Shown here piece by piece: positions 30,277 to 39,411 of a stretch of DNA of 64,000 nt. The DNA comes from an uncultured Chloroflexia bacterium (GTDB taxonomy: Bacteria; Chloroflexota; Limnocylindria; Limnocylindrales; CSP1-4). The position numbers and the translations under genes are program-made. Position 1 is the first letter of the stretch, and each line of letters begins with the position of its first letter. Where the stretch lies: assembly GCA_963752475.1 (NCBI GenBank), contig CAVVYR010000004.1:96001-160000 (forward strand), given 5' to 3'. Below the pieces are notes generated by a model. The model was not told the origin of the DNA. It made no database searches and was given only the letters and a program-made list of their open reading frames with translations.

Positions 30277-30318
30277 ACATGCGGCCACACCAGCGCCACC
30301 ATCATCGCAGGGAGAGGG

Positions 30319-31179
30319 ATGAGGACGGAGACCACGTCCGGGGCCGACCCGGCCGGACTCGCAGACGAGCTGCGGCAACGCGCCATCGACGTGCGCCTGC
30401 GTGACCTACGCATGGTCAAGAGCGCGGGCCTCGGGCACGTCGGCGGTGAGTTCAGTGCGATCGACATCCTCGTCACGCTCTACTTCGGAGGGGTCCTGCG
30501 ACACGACCCCAGTAACCCGAACGACCCTGATCGCGACCGCTTCGTGCTCTCCAAGGGCCACTCCGCGGCCGCGCTCTACACCACGCTGGCCATGGCCGGC
30601 TACTTCGACGAATCGGAACTCGAAACATTCCTCGCGCCGATGTCGCGGCTCAACGGTCATCCCGACCGCAACAAGGTCCCGGGCGTCGAGACCAACACGG
30701 GCCCGCTGGGCCACGGCTTCCCGGTGGCGGTCGGTATCGCGATCTCGGGCGCCATGGACGGAGCCGACCGACGGACGTTCGTGCTCACCGGCGACGGTGA
30801 GCTGCAGGAGGGCTCGATGTGGGAGGCCGCCATGTCCGCGGCCCACTACGAGCTCGCCAAGCTCACCTGCATCGTCGATCGCAACCGTCTGCAGCAGGGC
30901 GACCGCACAGAGACCACGATGGGCCTGGACCCGCTGCCCGAGAAGTTCGAGGCCTTCGGCTGGGCCGTGCGTGAGGTCGACGGCAACGATCCCGCAGCGC
31001 TGCTGGACGTGTTCGCTGCCCTCCCCTTCGAGCCGGACAAGCCCAACTGCATCATCGCCAACACGACCAAGGGCAAGGGCGTGTCCTTCATCGAAGACCG
31101 CGCCGCCTGGCATCACCGTATCCCGAGCGACGAGGAGTTCGAGCAGGCCGTGGCCGAGCTGGAAGGGAGCCGGGCATGA
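30319..31179 (+). CDS. Transketolase N-terminal subunit (probable apulose-4-phosphate transketolase subunit)
   Basis: GHVGGEFS, DRFVLSKGH, LNGHP, TGPLGHG, GDGELQEG, WHH. Confidence 0.9.
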   Translation: MRTETTSGADPAGLADELRQRAIDVRLRDLRMVKSAGLGHVGGEFSAIDILVTLYFGGVLRHDPSNPNDPDRDRFVLSKGHSAAALYTTLAMAGYFDESELETFLAPMSRLNGHPDRNKVPGVETNTGPLGHGFPVAVGIAISGAMDGADRRTFVLTGDGELQEGSMWEAAMSAAHYELAKLTCIVDRNRLQQGDRTETTMGLDPLPEKFEAFGWAVREVDGNDPAALLDVFAALPFEPDKPNCIIANTTKGKGVSFIEDRAAWHHRIPSDEEFEQAVAELEGSRA

Positions 31180-32120
31180 CCGCAGAAGCCACCGTGAAGC
31201 TGTACGACTGCCGCGATGCCTTCGCCGACACGCTCGTCCAGCTGGCCCAGGCGGACCCGCGCGTGGTCGCGGTGGTCAACGATTCGCTGGGCTCGACCAA
31301 GGTCGGCAAGCTCGACAAGGTCCTGCCCGGGCAGGTCGTCAACGTCGGAATCGCCGAGCAGAACATGGTCGGCATCGGTGCGGGCCTGGCCAATGGCGGC
31401 AAGATCCCCTTCGTCAGCGGCGCCAGCCCCTTCCTCACCGCTCGCGCGCTGGAGCAGATCAAGGTCGATGCCGCCTACAGCGGCGCCAACGTGAAGCTCG
31501 TCGGCGTGAGCAGCGGCGTGGCCTACGGCGAGCTGGGCCCGACCCATCACTCCATCGAGGACATCGCCTGGACCCGCGCCATCGACCGGCTCGTGGTCAT
31601 CGTGCCCGCCGACCCGGTCGAGACGGCGCAAGCCATCCGCGCCGCCTACGAGTACGACGGCCCCGTCTTCGTGCGCACCAGCCGCATCGGCGTGCCCATC
31701 GTCCACGCCGAGGACTATCGCTTCGAGATCGGGAGATCCGTACGTCTGCGTGACGGCGTTGACGTGACCATCATCGCCAATGGCGTCGTCGTGACCCGTG
31801 CGCTGGCAGCCGCCGACAGACTCGCAGCCGAGGGGATCGAGGCACGGGTCATCAACATGGCCACCGTCGCACCCATCGATCGCGAGGCCATCGTGGCGGC
31901 CGCCAGCGAGACCCGGGGCATCGTCACCGTCGAGGAGGCCATCGTGCACGGCGGTCTCGGCGGCGCCGTGGCGGAGGTCGTGGTGGAGGAAGTCCCGGTA
32001 CGCATGCGCCGGCTGGGTTTCCCTGGCTTCTGCCCTACCGGCTCGCCGACCTTTCTGCTCGACCGCTACGGCATGAGCCCCGAGGGCATCGCCGACGCCG
32101 CCCGCGAGGTCATGGGCTAG
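31176..32120 (+). CDS. Transketolase C-terminal subunit
   Basis: NVGIAEQNM, RALEQIK, GPTHHSIED, TVEE. Confidence 0.9.
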   Translation: MTAEATVKLYDCRDAFADTLVQLAQADPRVVAVVNDSLGSTKVGKLDKVLPGQVVNVGIAEQNMVGIGAGLANGGKIPFVSGASPFLTARALEQIKVDAAYSGANVKLVGVSSGVAYGELGPTHHSIEDIAWTRAIDRLVVIVPADPVETAQAIRAAYEYDGPVFVRTSRIGVPIVHAEDYRFEIGRSVRLRDGVDVTIIANGVVVTRALAAADRLAAEGIEARVINMATVAPIDREAIVAAASETRGIVTVEEAIVHGGLGGAVAEVVVEEVPVRMRRLGFPGFCPTGSPTFLLDRYGMSPEGIADAAREVMG

Positions 32121-33146
32121 ATGGGCCGGGCGGACGAGCTGCGCCTGATGACCCGCGTCGCGAGGCTCTACTACGACATGGGCCTCAAGCAGCCCGAGAT
32201 CGCCACCCGGCTGCGCCTTTCCCAACCCAAGGTCAGCCGCCTGCTCAAGGGCGCCCAAGACGAGGGCATCGTGCGCATCAGCGTGCGCGCGCCGAGCGGC
32301 ACCAACCCCGAGCTCGAGGATGCGCTCGAGGGCCGCTTCGGCCTGACCGAGGTCGAGATCGTGGACATCTCTCGTGATGACGATGACGTGGCGGTGCGCG
32401 AGCTGGGCTCCGCCGCCGCCTTCCTGATGGAGACGACGGTGCGCTCCGGCGACGTCATCGGCGTCAGCTCCTGGAGCGCGACGCTGCTGGCGATGGTGGA
32501 TGCCATGCACCCCGTCAGCGGCGTCAAGGACGTGCGCGTGGTGCAGATCCTCGGCGGCGGCGGGGACCCCGCGGCCGAAGGCCACGCCACCCACCTCGTG
32601 CGACGGCTCACGGACCTGCTGCACGGCGAGGGCACGTTCCTGCCGGCACCCAGCAGCGTCGGCAGCCGGGATGCTCGCGACGTGCTCGTGCAGGATCCCT
32701 TCGTGGCACGCGCGATGGCGCTGTGGGATCGGCTCGACGTAGCCTTCGTGGGCATCGGCGGCCAGGAGCCGTCCGGCCTGCTCGCGAGCAGCGGCAACGT
32801 CTTCTCACCCGACGAGCTGCGCACGGTGCGTGAGGCCGGCGGCGTCGGAGACATCGGCCTGCGCTACCTCTGCGCCGACGGCTCGCCTGTCGACACACCG
32901 CTCGACGAGCGCGTCATCGGCATCGAGCTGGAACAGCTCCGGCGCGCACCCCGCTCGATCGCCGTGGCCGGCGGACCGGACAAGACCGAGGCCATCCACG
33001 CCGCTCTCGTCGGCGGCTGGATCAACTGCCTCGTCACCGACAGCTACACCGGGGAACGCCTGATGCAGATGGACGCCGCTCCGGACAAGACGAACGGACT
33101 CGAGGAGAAGGTCGTGCAAGGACTCATGAGGACACAGACGGCATGA
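32121..33146 (+). CDS. SorC/LsrR/DeoR family sugar-binding transcriptional regulator
   Basis: VARLYY...KQPEIA...SQPKVSRLL HTH; GVSSWSATL; VGIG; AVAGGPDK; LVTD. Confidence 0.88.
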   Translation: MGRADELRLMTRVARLYYDMGLKQPEIATRLRLSQPKVSRLLKGAQDEGIVRISVRAPSGTNPELEDALEGRFGLTEVEIVDISRDDDDVAVRELGSAAAFLMETTVRSGDVIGVSSWSATLLAMVDAMHPVSGVKDVRVVQILGGGGDPAAEGHATHLVRRLTDLLHGEGTFLPAPSSVGSRDARDVLVQDPFVARAMALWDRLDVAFVGIGGQEPSGLLASSGNVFSPDELRTVREAGGVGDIGLRYLCADGSPVDTPLDERVIGIELEQLRRAPRSIAVAGGPDKTEAIHAALVGGWINCLVTDSYTGERLMQMDAAPDKTNGLEEKVVQGLMRTQTA

Positions 33147-33835
33147 ACGGCAAGCTGAGCACTGGCGCCATCATCGGCATCGCCGCGGTCGGCGCCTTTC
33201 TGGTCGTGTCGCTGCTGTTCGGATTCACGGTCGTCTCGGTCGAGGAGGAAGAGGCGCTGACGGTCGAGTTCGATCCCGTCACCTACGTCGAAGAGAACTG
33301 GGAGATGGTCCAGGGAGCCATCGTCGAGGACGCTGTCCCGCTGGCTGACATCCTCAACGACATCGAGCCCGGCGCGGACGGCATGGTCGCCACCGAGGAC
33401 CTGACGCCGGTGGCCGAGGCGTTGGGGCTCATCACCACCGGTGAAGCGCATGTCTACAGTGTCACCGGCAGCGGTACCGTCACCGATGTCGATGTCGAGT
33501 CCAGCAAGGGCAGCATCGGCCTCGATGTCGACGGCTACGACGGACCCATCGAGGTCCGCCTCTGGGTGGGCACCCGCATCCCAAGCGACGAGTCCTCGGT
33601 CCGTGACGCGACGGGCCTCATCTCGTTCGGTGACTTCCGCGACCAGACCGAGTACGGCAAGGTCGCCAAGGAGATCAACAAGAAGGTAGCGACCGACCTT
33701 GAGGCGCTCGACAAGGAGAGCCTTCAGGGCAAGCACATCGACTTCACCGGCGCCTTCACCACTCGCACCTTCAACCAGCCCACCATCGATATCAGCGAGA
33801 TCAACGTCGTGCCCATCGAGGTGACCGAGTCGTGA
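33143..33835 (+). CDS. DUF2291-like sugar ABC accessory protein
   Basis: FDPVTYV..NW, VRDATGLISFGDFRDQTEYG, FTGAF; position ahead of the ABC ATPase. Confidence 0.7.
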   Translation: MNGKLSTGAIIGIAAVGAFLVVSLLFGFTVVSVEEEEALTVEFDPVTYVEENWEMVQGAIVEDAVPLADILNDIEPGADGMVATEDLTPVAEALGLITTGEAHVYSVTGSGTVTDVDVESSKGSIGLDVDGYDGPIEVRLWVGTRIPSDESSVRDATGLISFGDFRDQTEYGKVAKEINKKVATDLEALDKESLQGKHIDFTGAFTTRTFNQPTIDISEINVVPIEVTES

Positions 33836-35421
33836 CCCTGGCTCGAACCCCTGAAACCGCGATGTCCCTGCGAGTGCCCATGCGCGCGGAGCACATCACC
33901 AAGGTCTTCCCGGGTACGACAGCGCTCGATGACGTCACATTCGACGTTCACGAAGGCCGCGTCAACGTGCTCGTGGGCGAGAACGGCGCGGGCAAGTCGA
34001 CGCTGATGAAGGTGCTCGCCGGCGTGGAGCAGCCCACCGACGGACGCATCCTCATGGACGGTGAACCGGTCCACCTTCCGACCGTCACAGCGGCACAGGA
34101 GCACGGCGTCGGCATCATCTTCCAGGAGCTCAACCTGTGCACCAACCTGACGGTGCTGGACAACCTGTTCCTGGCCCAGGAGATCACCCGCGGCGGCGCT
34201 GTCATCGACAAGGGCGCGCAGCGCAAGCTGGCGGTGGAGCTCTTCGAGCGGCTGGGACAGGACATCGACCCCGACGAGATCGTGACCAATCTGCCCATCG
34301 GCCAGCAGCAGATCGTCGAGATCGCCAAGGCGCTCACCCATGACGTTCGTGTGCTCATCATGGATGAGCCCACCTCGGCGCTGAGCCAGGCGGAGGTCAA
34401 GGGCCTGTTCCGCATCATCGAGGACCTCAAGTCCCGGGGCGTGGCCATCGTCTACATCAGCCACAAGCTCGAGGAGCTGCTGCAGGTCGGCGACCGCATC
34501 ACGGTGATGCGCGACGGGCGCATCGTGGCCCACGCGGAAGCCGCCGAGGTGGACGTTGCCTGGATCATCGAACAGATGGTCGGGCGCTCGCCGGCCTCGC
34601 TCTTCAGCCGCAGCGCGCACGAGATCGGCGAGACGCTGCTCGAGGTCAAGGACGTGACGCTGCCGCGGGTCGGTGGCGGCTACCTCGTGAACCACGTCTC
34701 GCTGGAGGTGCACGCGGGCGAGATCCTGGGCCTCTACGGGCTCATGGGCGCCGGCCGCACCGAGCTGATGGAGGTATTGGCGGGCGTGCGCCCCGAGGCC
34801 GATGGCGAGGTCCTACTCGAGGGACGGGAACTCATGGGTGCCGCCGTGTCAGACCGCATCGAAGCGGGCCTGGTGCTCGTGCCCGAGGACCGCAAGACGG
34901 TGGGCCTGATCCCCACGCTCTCGGTCGCTCACAACATGGTCCTCGCGAGCCTGCGGCGCTACCTGAACAACATCTACCTCTCTGGTGGCAAGGAGAAGGT
35001 CGCGGTCGACCAGATGATCAAGGACCTCTCGGTCCGCGTGGCCGACCCGCGCAACAACATCGATTCGCTTAGCGGCGGTAACCAGCAGAAGGTCGTCGTG
35101 GCCAAGGGCCTGCTCACCGAGCCACGGGTCCTGCTCCTCGACGAGCCCACTCGCGGCATCGACGTGGGCGCCAAGAGCGAGATCTTCCAGATCATGAGCC
35201 GCCTCGCGAGCGAGGGCTTCGGCATCGTCTTCGTCAGCTCCGAGCTCAAGGAGGTCATGGCCATGTCCGATCGCATCCTTGTGCTCAGCAAGGGTGAGGT
35301 CGTGGCCGAGTTCCAGGCTGACCGGGCGACGGAGAAGGAGCTGGTCGACGCATCAGCCGTGGGCCATGGACCCGCGACCAGGAGAGAGGGAGAGACAGCG
35401 ACCGTGGAGGTGATCCAGTGA
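33832..35421 (+). CDS. CUT2 sugar ABC transporter ATP-binding protein (RbsA-like)
   Basis: GENGAGKST, MDEPTS, LSGGNQQK, LDEPTRGIDVGAK. Confidence 0.95.
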   Translation: MTLARTPETAMSLRVPMRAEHITKVFPGTTALDDVTFDVHEGRVNVLVGENGAGKSTLMKVLAGVEQPTDGRILMDGEPVHLPTVTAAQEHGVGIIFQELNLCTNLTVLDNLFLAQEITRGGAVIDKGAQRKLAVELFERLGQDIDPDEIVTNLPIGQQQIVEIAKALTHDVRVLIMDEPTSALSQAEVKGLFRIIEDLKSRGVAIVYISHKLEELLQVGDRITVMRDGRIVAHAEAAEVDVAWIIEQMVGRSPASLFSRSAHEIGETLLEVKDVTLPRVGGGYLVNHVSLEVHAGEILGLYGLMGAGRTELMEVLAGVRPEADGEVLLEGRELMGAAVSDRIEAGLVLVPEDRKTVGLIPTLSVAHNMVLASLRRYLNNIYLSGGKEKVAVDQMIKDLSVRVADPRNNIDSLSGGNQQKVVVAKGLLTEPRVLLLDEPTRGIDVGAKSEIFQIMSRLASEGFGIVFVSSELKEVMAMSDRILVLSKGEVVAEFQADRATEKELVDASAVGHGPATRREGETATVEVIQ

Positions 35422-36491
35422 CGGCCAACGCGCAGGCCGGGGGAACGCGCGGCATGGGAAGAACCGAACTGGCACAGCTGCTGCTACGTGGCCGGGCCTT
35501 CATCGCTCTCATCGTGCTGGCCGTCTTCTTCGCGCTCGTCGAGGACGCGTTCCTCACCGGCGCCAACATCGAGATTCTCATCAAGCAGACGGCGCTCAAC
35601 GGCATCCTCGCCATCGGCATGACCTTCGTCATCCTGACCGGCGGCATCGACCTCTCCGTCGGCTCGATCGTGGGCTTCACCGGCATCGTCGCGGGCCTGC
35701 TCATCAACGAGGGCCTGCAGGCGGCCGACTGGGTCGTCTTCCCGCACACCTGGATGGTGCTGGTCCTCTCGCTGGCGGCGGGCACGTTCCTGGGCGGGGT
35801 CAGCGGCTTCATCATCACCCGCTTCAACGTGGCCCCGTTCATCGCCACGTTAGGGATGTTGATGGTGGCGCGTGGATTAGCCGGCCTCATCAACGGCGGC
35901 AGGACGTTCCCCAACCTCGTGGGCAAGGAGGAGCTGGGCAACACCGGCTTCCGCGAGCTGGGCACGGGCGAGCTCTTCGGCGTCGTGCCGTGGGCCATCG
36001 TCATCCTCATCGTCTTCGCGGTGATCGCGTGGTTCGTGACCACGCGCACGCCGTTCGGGCGCGCCGTCTACGCGGTCGGCGGCAACGAACGCTCGGCGGA
36101 GCTGTCGGGCGTCCGCGTCATGCGCACCAAGATGATCGTCTACATGATCAGCGCCTTCTGCGCCGCGACCGTGGGCCTGATCATCGCCAGCCAGCTGGTC
36201 GCGGCCCACCCGGCCACAGGCAACTACTTCGAGCTCTACGCCATCGCCGCGGTCGTGCTCGGCGGCACCTCGCTCTCAGGCGGCCGCGGCACGATCGTGG
36301 GCACGATGATCGGCGCCTTCGTCATCGGCACGCTCAACAACGGCCTGACGCTGCTGGGCATCTCCAGCTTCCTCGAGCAGGTCATCACCGGCTCGGTGAT
36401 CGTCATCGCCCTCATCATCGACCAGCTCCAGCAGCGCGCCGAGCGGCGTCTGGCCCTGCAGCAGCAGGCCGCCACCGTCGGCGACGACTGA
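35418..36491 (+). CDS. CUT2 sugar ABC transporter permease (RbsC-like)
   Basis: GGIDLSVGS, PFIATLG, YAVGGNE, IAAVVLGGTSLSGGRG. Confidence 0.95.
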   Translation: MTANAQAGGTRGMGRTELAQLLLRGRAFIALIVLAVFFALVEDAFLTGANIEILIKQTALNGILAIGMTFVILTGGIDLSVGSIVGFTGIVAGLLINEGLQAADWVVFPHTWMVLVLSLAAGTFLGGVSGFIITRFNVAPFIATLGMLMVARGLAGLINGGRTFPNLVGKEELGNTGFRELGTGELFGVVPWAIVILIVFAVIAWFVTTRTPFGRAVYAVGGNERSAELSGVRVMRTKMIVYMISAFCAATVGLIIASQLVAAHPATGNYFELYAIAAVVLGGTSLSGGRGTIVGTMIGAFVIGTLNNGLTLLGISSFLEQVITGSVIVIALIIDQLQQRAERRLALQQQAATVGDD

Positions 36492-36628
36492 CCGGACGAC
36501 ACATCACCACCAGACACGCGACAGAGCGAAAGGAGGAACGAGGAGGAGGACCCAGACAGCACGACACGAGGTGTGAGCTGACGCACTGGACAGTCCGGCG
36601 CGCAGCGTGAAGAGAGTGGAGGAACTCG

Positions 36629-37609
36629 ATGTTCAAGAAGAAGCAGACCGCGCTGGCGCTCAGCGCAGCCCTCGCCATCTCCGCCGCCGGCGGGGCCGTG
36701 GCGACGGCACAGGACGAGGGCGGCATGATGTGCGTCATCGTCCCGCCGGTGGAGAACCCGTTCTTCGGTGCCATGCAGCAGATCGCTGCGGACAAGGCCG
36801 AGGAGCTCGGCTACACCACCGACCGCCTGGTCCACAACGACGACGCCAACATGCAGCTGGAGCTCTTCGAGAGCTGCATCGCGCAGGGCGCGGTCGCCAT
36901 CATCCTCGACAACGCGGGCGCTGACGCCACCGTGGCTGCGGTCCAGGCCGCCGCCGACGCGGGCATCCCCAGCTTCCTCGTCGACCGCGAGATCACGCAG
37001 GACGGCGTGGCCGTCGCGCAGATCGTCTCCAACAACTACCAGGGCGCCACCATCCTCGCCGAGTACTTCGCCGAGCTGATGGATGAGGAAGGCACCTACA
37101 TCGAGCTGACCGGTCGCGACACGGACACCAACGCACAGGTCCGCAGCCAGGGCTATCACGACGTGCTGGACGAGATCCCCGAGATGGAGATGGTCGCCCA
37201 GGAGACCGCGAACTGGAGCCAGGACGAAGGCTTCCAGGTCACCGAGGCCCTCCTGCAGGCGAACCCCGACGTCAAGGGCATCATCGCCGGCAACGACACC
37301 ATGGCGCTGGGCGCCCAGGCCGCGATCATGGCCGCGGGCATGGACGACGTCATCGTGGTGGGCTTCGACGGCTCTGACGACGCCATCATCAGCATCGCCG
37401 CTGGCGAGCTGAAGGCCACCTCGCTCCAGCCGGTCGCCGAGATGGCGCTGCAGGCTGCGATCCAGGCCGATGAGTACATCAAGGCCGGCGGCATGACCGA
37501 CATGGAGGAGCGGCAGTCCATCGACATGGTCCTGCTGACCCCCGAGAACGCATGCGACTACTACCAGTTCGCTCCGGTCGAGCCCGGCACGAGCCCGAAC
37601 TGCCAGTAG
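36629..37609 (+). CDS. Sugar ABC substrate-binding protein, D-apiose-binding-like
   Basis: NPFF, IILDNAGADA, LVDREI, QIVSNNYQGA, DTNAQVRSQGYHDV, ANWSQ, GNDTMA, GFDGS resemble recalled sequences of characterised apiose-binding proteins. Confidence 0.8.
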   Translation: MFKKKQTALALSAALAISAAGGAVATAQDEGGMMCVIVPPVENPFFGAMQQIAADKAEELGYTTDRLVHNDDANMQLELFESCIAQGAVAIILDNAGADATVAAVQAAADAGIPSFLVDREITQDGVAVAQIVSNNYQGATILAEYFAELMDEEGTYIELTGRDTDTNAQVRSQGYHDVLDEIPEMEMVAQETANWSQDEGFQVTEALLQANPDVKGIIAGNDTMALGAQAAIMAAGMDDVIVVGFDGSDDAIISIAAGELKATSLQPVAEMALQAAIQADEYIKAGGMTDMEERQSIDMVLLTPENACDYYQFAPVEPGTSPNCQ

Positions 37610-37627
37610 CAGCACTCACATGAGCCT

Positions 37628-37655
37628 CGGCCGGCGCTCCTGAGGGTGTCGGCCG
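37628..37655 (+). terminator. Hairpin after the substrate-binding protein gene
   Basis: CGGCCGGCGC-TCCTGAGG-GTGTCGGCCG inverted repeat. Confidence 0.4.
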
Positions 37656-37727
37656 GCGCTCCTCCTTCACGGCCGCGCGCACTGCCCAGCACGGCAGGGC
37701 GCGCGGTCTTCTTGTGTCTCGAAGGGG

Positions 37728-37803
37728 TGGTAGGGGAGCCAGGACTCGAACCTGGAACCAGTCGGATATAAGCCGACCGCTCTAACCGTTGAGCTACTCC
37801 CCC
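37728..37803 (-). tRNA. tRNA-Ile with UAU anticodon
   Basis: GGGGGAG TA GCTC AACGGTTA GAGC G GTCGG CTTATAT CCGAC TGGTT CCAGG TTCGAGT CCTGG CTCCCCT A CCA; full 76-nt cloverleaf, encoded CCA; upstream extended -10 TGCTAGCAT (37825-37833). Confidence 0.92.
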
Positions 37804-37846
37804 ATGGCATCGAGGTCGCCGCCGATGCTAGCAGGGCAGCTGCCGT

Positions 37847-38260
37847 CTACGGCAGGAGCGGGCGCAGCACCTGGTAGACCACGACCAGCGCGAGGTAGCA
37901 GATGGGGATCGCGGCGAACAGGCCGAGCATCCCGGCCCACGCTGAACGGCGCTTCTCCCCCGGTACGCCCGTGGGCAGCTCCACCCAGAGATAGGTGAAG
38001 ATCGTGCCGCTGAGGATGACCACGACCACGTAGATGGCCGTGGGCCCGATGCCCGCGAAGAACGCCGGCAGCTCCCCGTGGTCGGCGAGCCAGTCGATGA
38101 GCAGCAGGATGACCCCGCCGATACCGGCCACGAGCAGGTTGGCAACCACCGCTCGTACCACCGGCTGCGGGGCGTTCGTCGCCTGCCGCCAACGGACCTC
38201 CAGCTCCGATCGTTGTTTGACCTCACGTGGCGGCGGCTGCTGCTCAGGCGCGTCGGTCAC
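37847..38260 (-). CDS. Small three-TM membrane protein
   Basis: VTDAPEQ...VVANLLVAGIGGVILLLI...; GTGA overlap with the upstream gene. Confidence 0.65.
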   Translation of the reverse strand: MTDAPEQQPPPREVKQRSELEVRWRQATNAPQPVVRAVVANLLVAGIGGVILLLIDWLADHGELPAFFAGIGPTAIYVVVVILSGTIFTYLWVELPTGVPGEKRRSAWAGMLGLFAAIPICYLALVVVYQVLRPLLP

Positions 38261-39411
38261 TGGTCCTCCTCGGGGTCGATGGGTCCGCTGATGACCGTCA
38301 GGCTCGGTCGGCGGGGCAGGGTCTCGGGCGTGTGGACCGCCAGCTCGGCGACACGCGCCACGAAGCGGTCGATCTCGCTCTCGCGGTTCCAGGCACCGAC
38401 GCTGACCCGGATGAGATCGGCCTCGGTGTCGGTCTCGACCATAGCGAAGATGCTGCGACCGAGCTCCTGCGCGACCGACTCGGCGCTCCAGCCCTCGATG
38501 CGGAAGGCCGCGATGGCAGCGTGAGCCACAGGATCGGCGACGAGCTCGAGGCCATCGATCGCGCCGAGGTCCTCGTAGAGCTGGTCGGCCAGGGCCAGCG
38601 TGCGGTCGAGCGCCCACGGCAGCTCCACGAACATGAGCAGCCAACCGACGCTCCGAGCGAGGGCCAGCAACGTTCCACGTGCGAACGGCGCCGACGCCTG
38701 CCGCAGCCACTCGGGCAGCTCGCGATCGAGCCCAGGCGTGATCCACAGCGCCGCCACCGCGTCCGGTCCCAGCAGCCAGCGATGGCTCTCGGTGACGACG
38801 AAATCGGCCCCGATGTCGTCGACGTCGAGTGGCATCACACCGGCGGAGCGGGAGACGTCCAGGAGCAGCCGGGCATCAGCCCCGCGCGACGAGGCAGCGA
38901 TGACCGCAGGATCAGCCAGACGACCATCGGCATCCACGTGCGTCATCACCACCAGCGCCGTGGCAGCATCGAAGACGTCTGGGGGCTCGGTGAAAGCGTC
39001 GACCTCTGCTCCGGCGACCTCGGCAACGTCACGGACGGCAGCCGCGATGGCTCGATCGACACCGGGGAGCAATGCCACCCGCTGTCGGGCGCCGGACTCG
39101 AGCACCTCGATGGCCACCAGGCGCGCGGCCTCCGCTGCCCCGTGGGTGAGGATGATGCGCTCGGGCGCCGCGCTGAGTACCGCCGCGATCACGGCCACCG
39201 CCTCACGCTCGCGCTGTCGCAGGTCCTCGTCCCTGTCGGGGCCGACCCGTCCCACCCGCAGCTCCATGTCGTCCGACTCGTGGACCGCAGCCATCGTCTC
39301 GGCCGGCAGCGGCCCGGACTGATGCGTGGCGAGGTAGATGCCGGCGCCGGTCGCGCTCAGCACCTCCCGCAGCCCGCGGACGCGGTCGAAGCGGGATGGG
39401 GGCTTGCTCAT
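38257..39411 (-). CDS. Aminotransferase class V fold protein with degenerate active site
   Basis: IYLATHQSGPLP, THGAAEA, LLDVSRSAG, ESHRWLLGP, IRVSVGAWNRESEIDRF. Confidence 0.75.
   Translation of the reverse strand: MSKPPSRFDRVRGLREVLSATGAGIYLATHQSGPLPAETMAAVHESDDMELRVGRVGPDRDEDLRQREREAVAVIAAVLSAAPERIILTHGAAEAARLVAIEVLESGARQRVALLPGVDRAIAAAVRDVAEVAGAEVDAFTEPPDVFDAATALVVMTHVDADGRLADPAVIAASSRGADARLLLDVSRSAGVMPLDVDDIGADFVVTESHRWLLGPDAVAALWITPGLDRELPEWLRQASAPFARGTLLALARSVGWLLMFVELPWALDRTLALADQLYEDLGAIDGLELVADPVAHAAIAAFRIEGWSAESVAQELGRSIFAMVETDTEADLIRVSVGAWNRESEIDRFVARVAELAVHTPETLPRRPSLTVISGPIDPEEDQ

Noticed and set aside
28663-37803. Sugar cluster as a genomic island integrated at the tRNA 3' end
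   Set aside because: No integrase, no duplicated tRNA 3' end spotted, and composition resembles the flanks.
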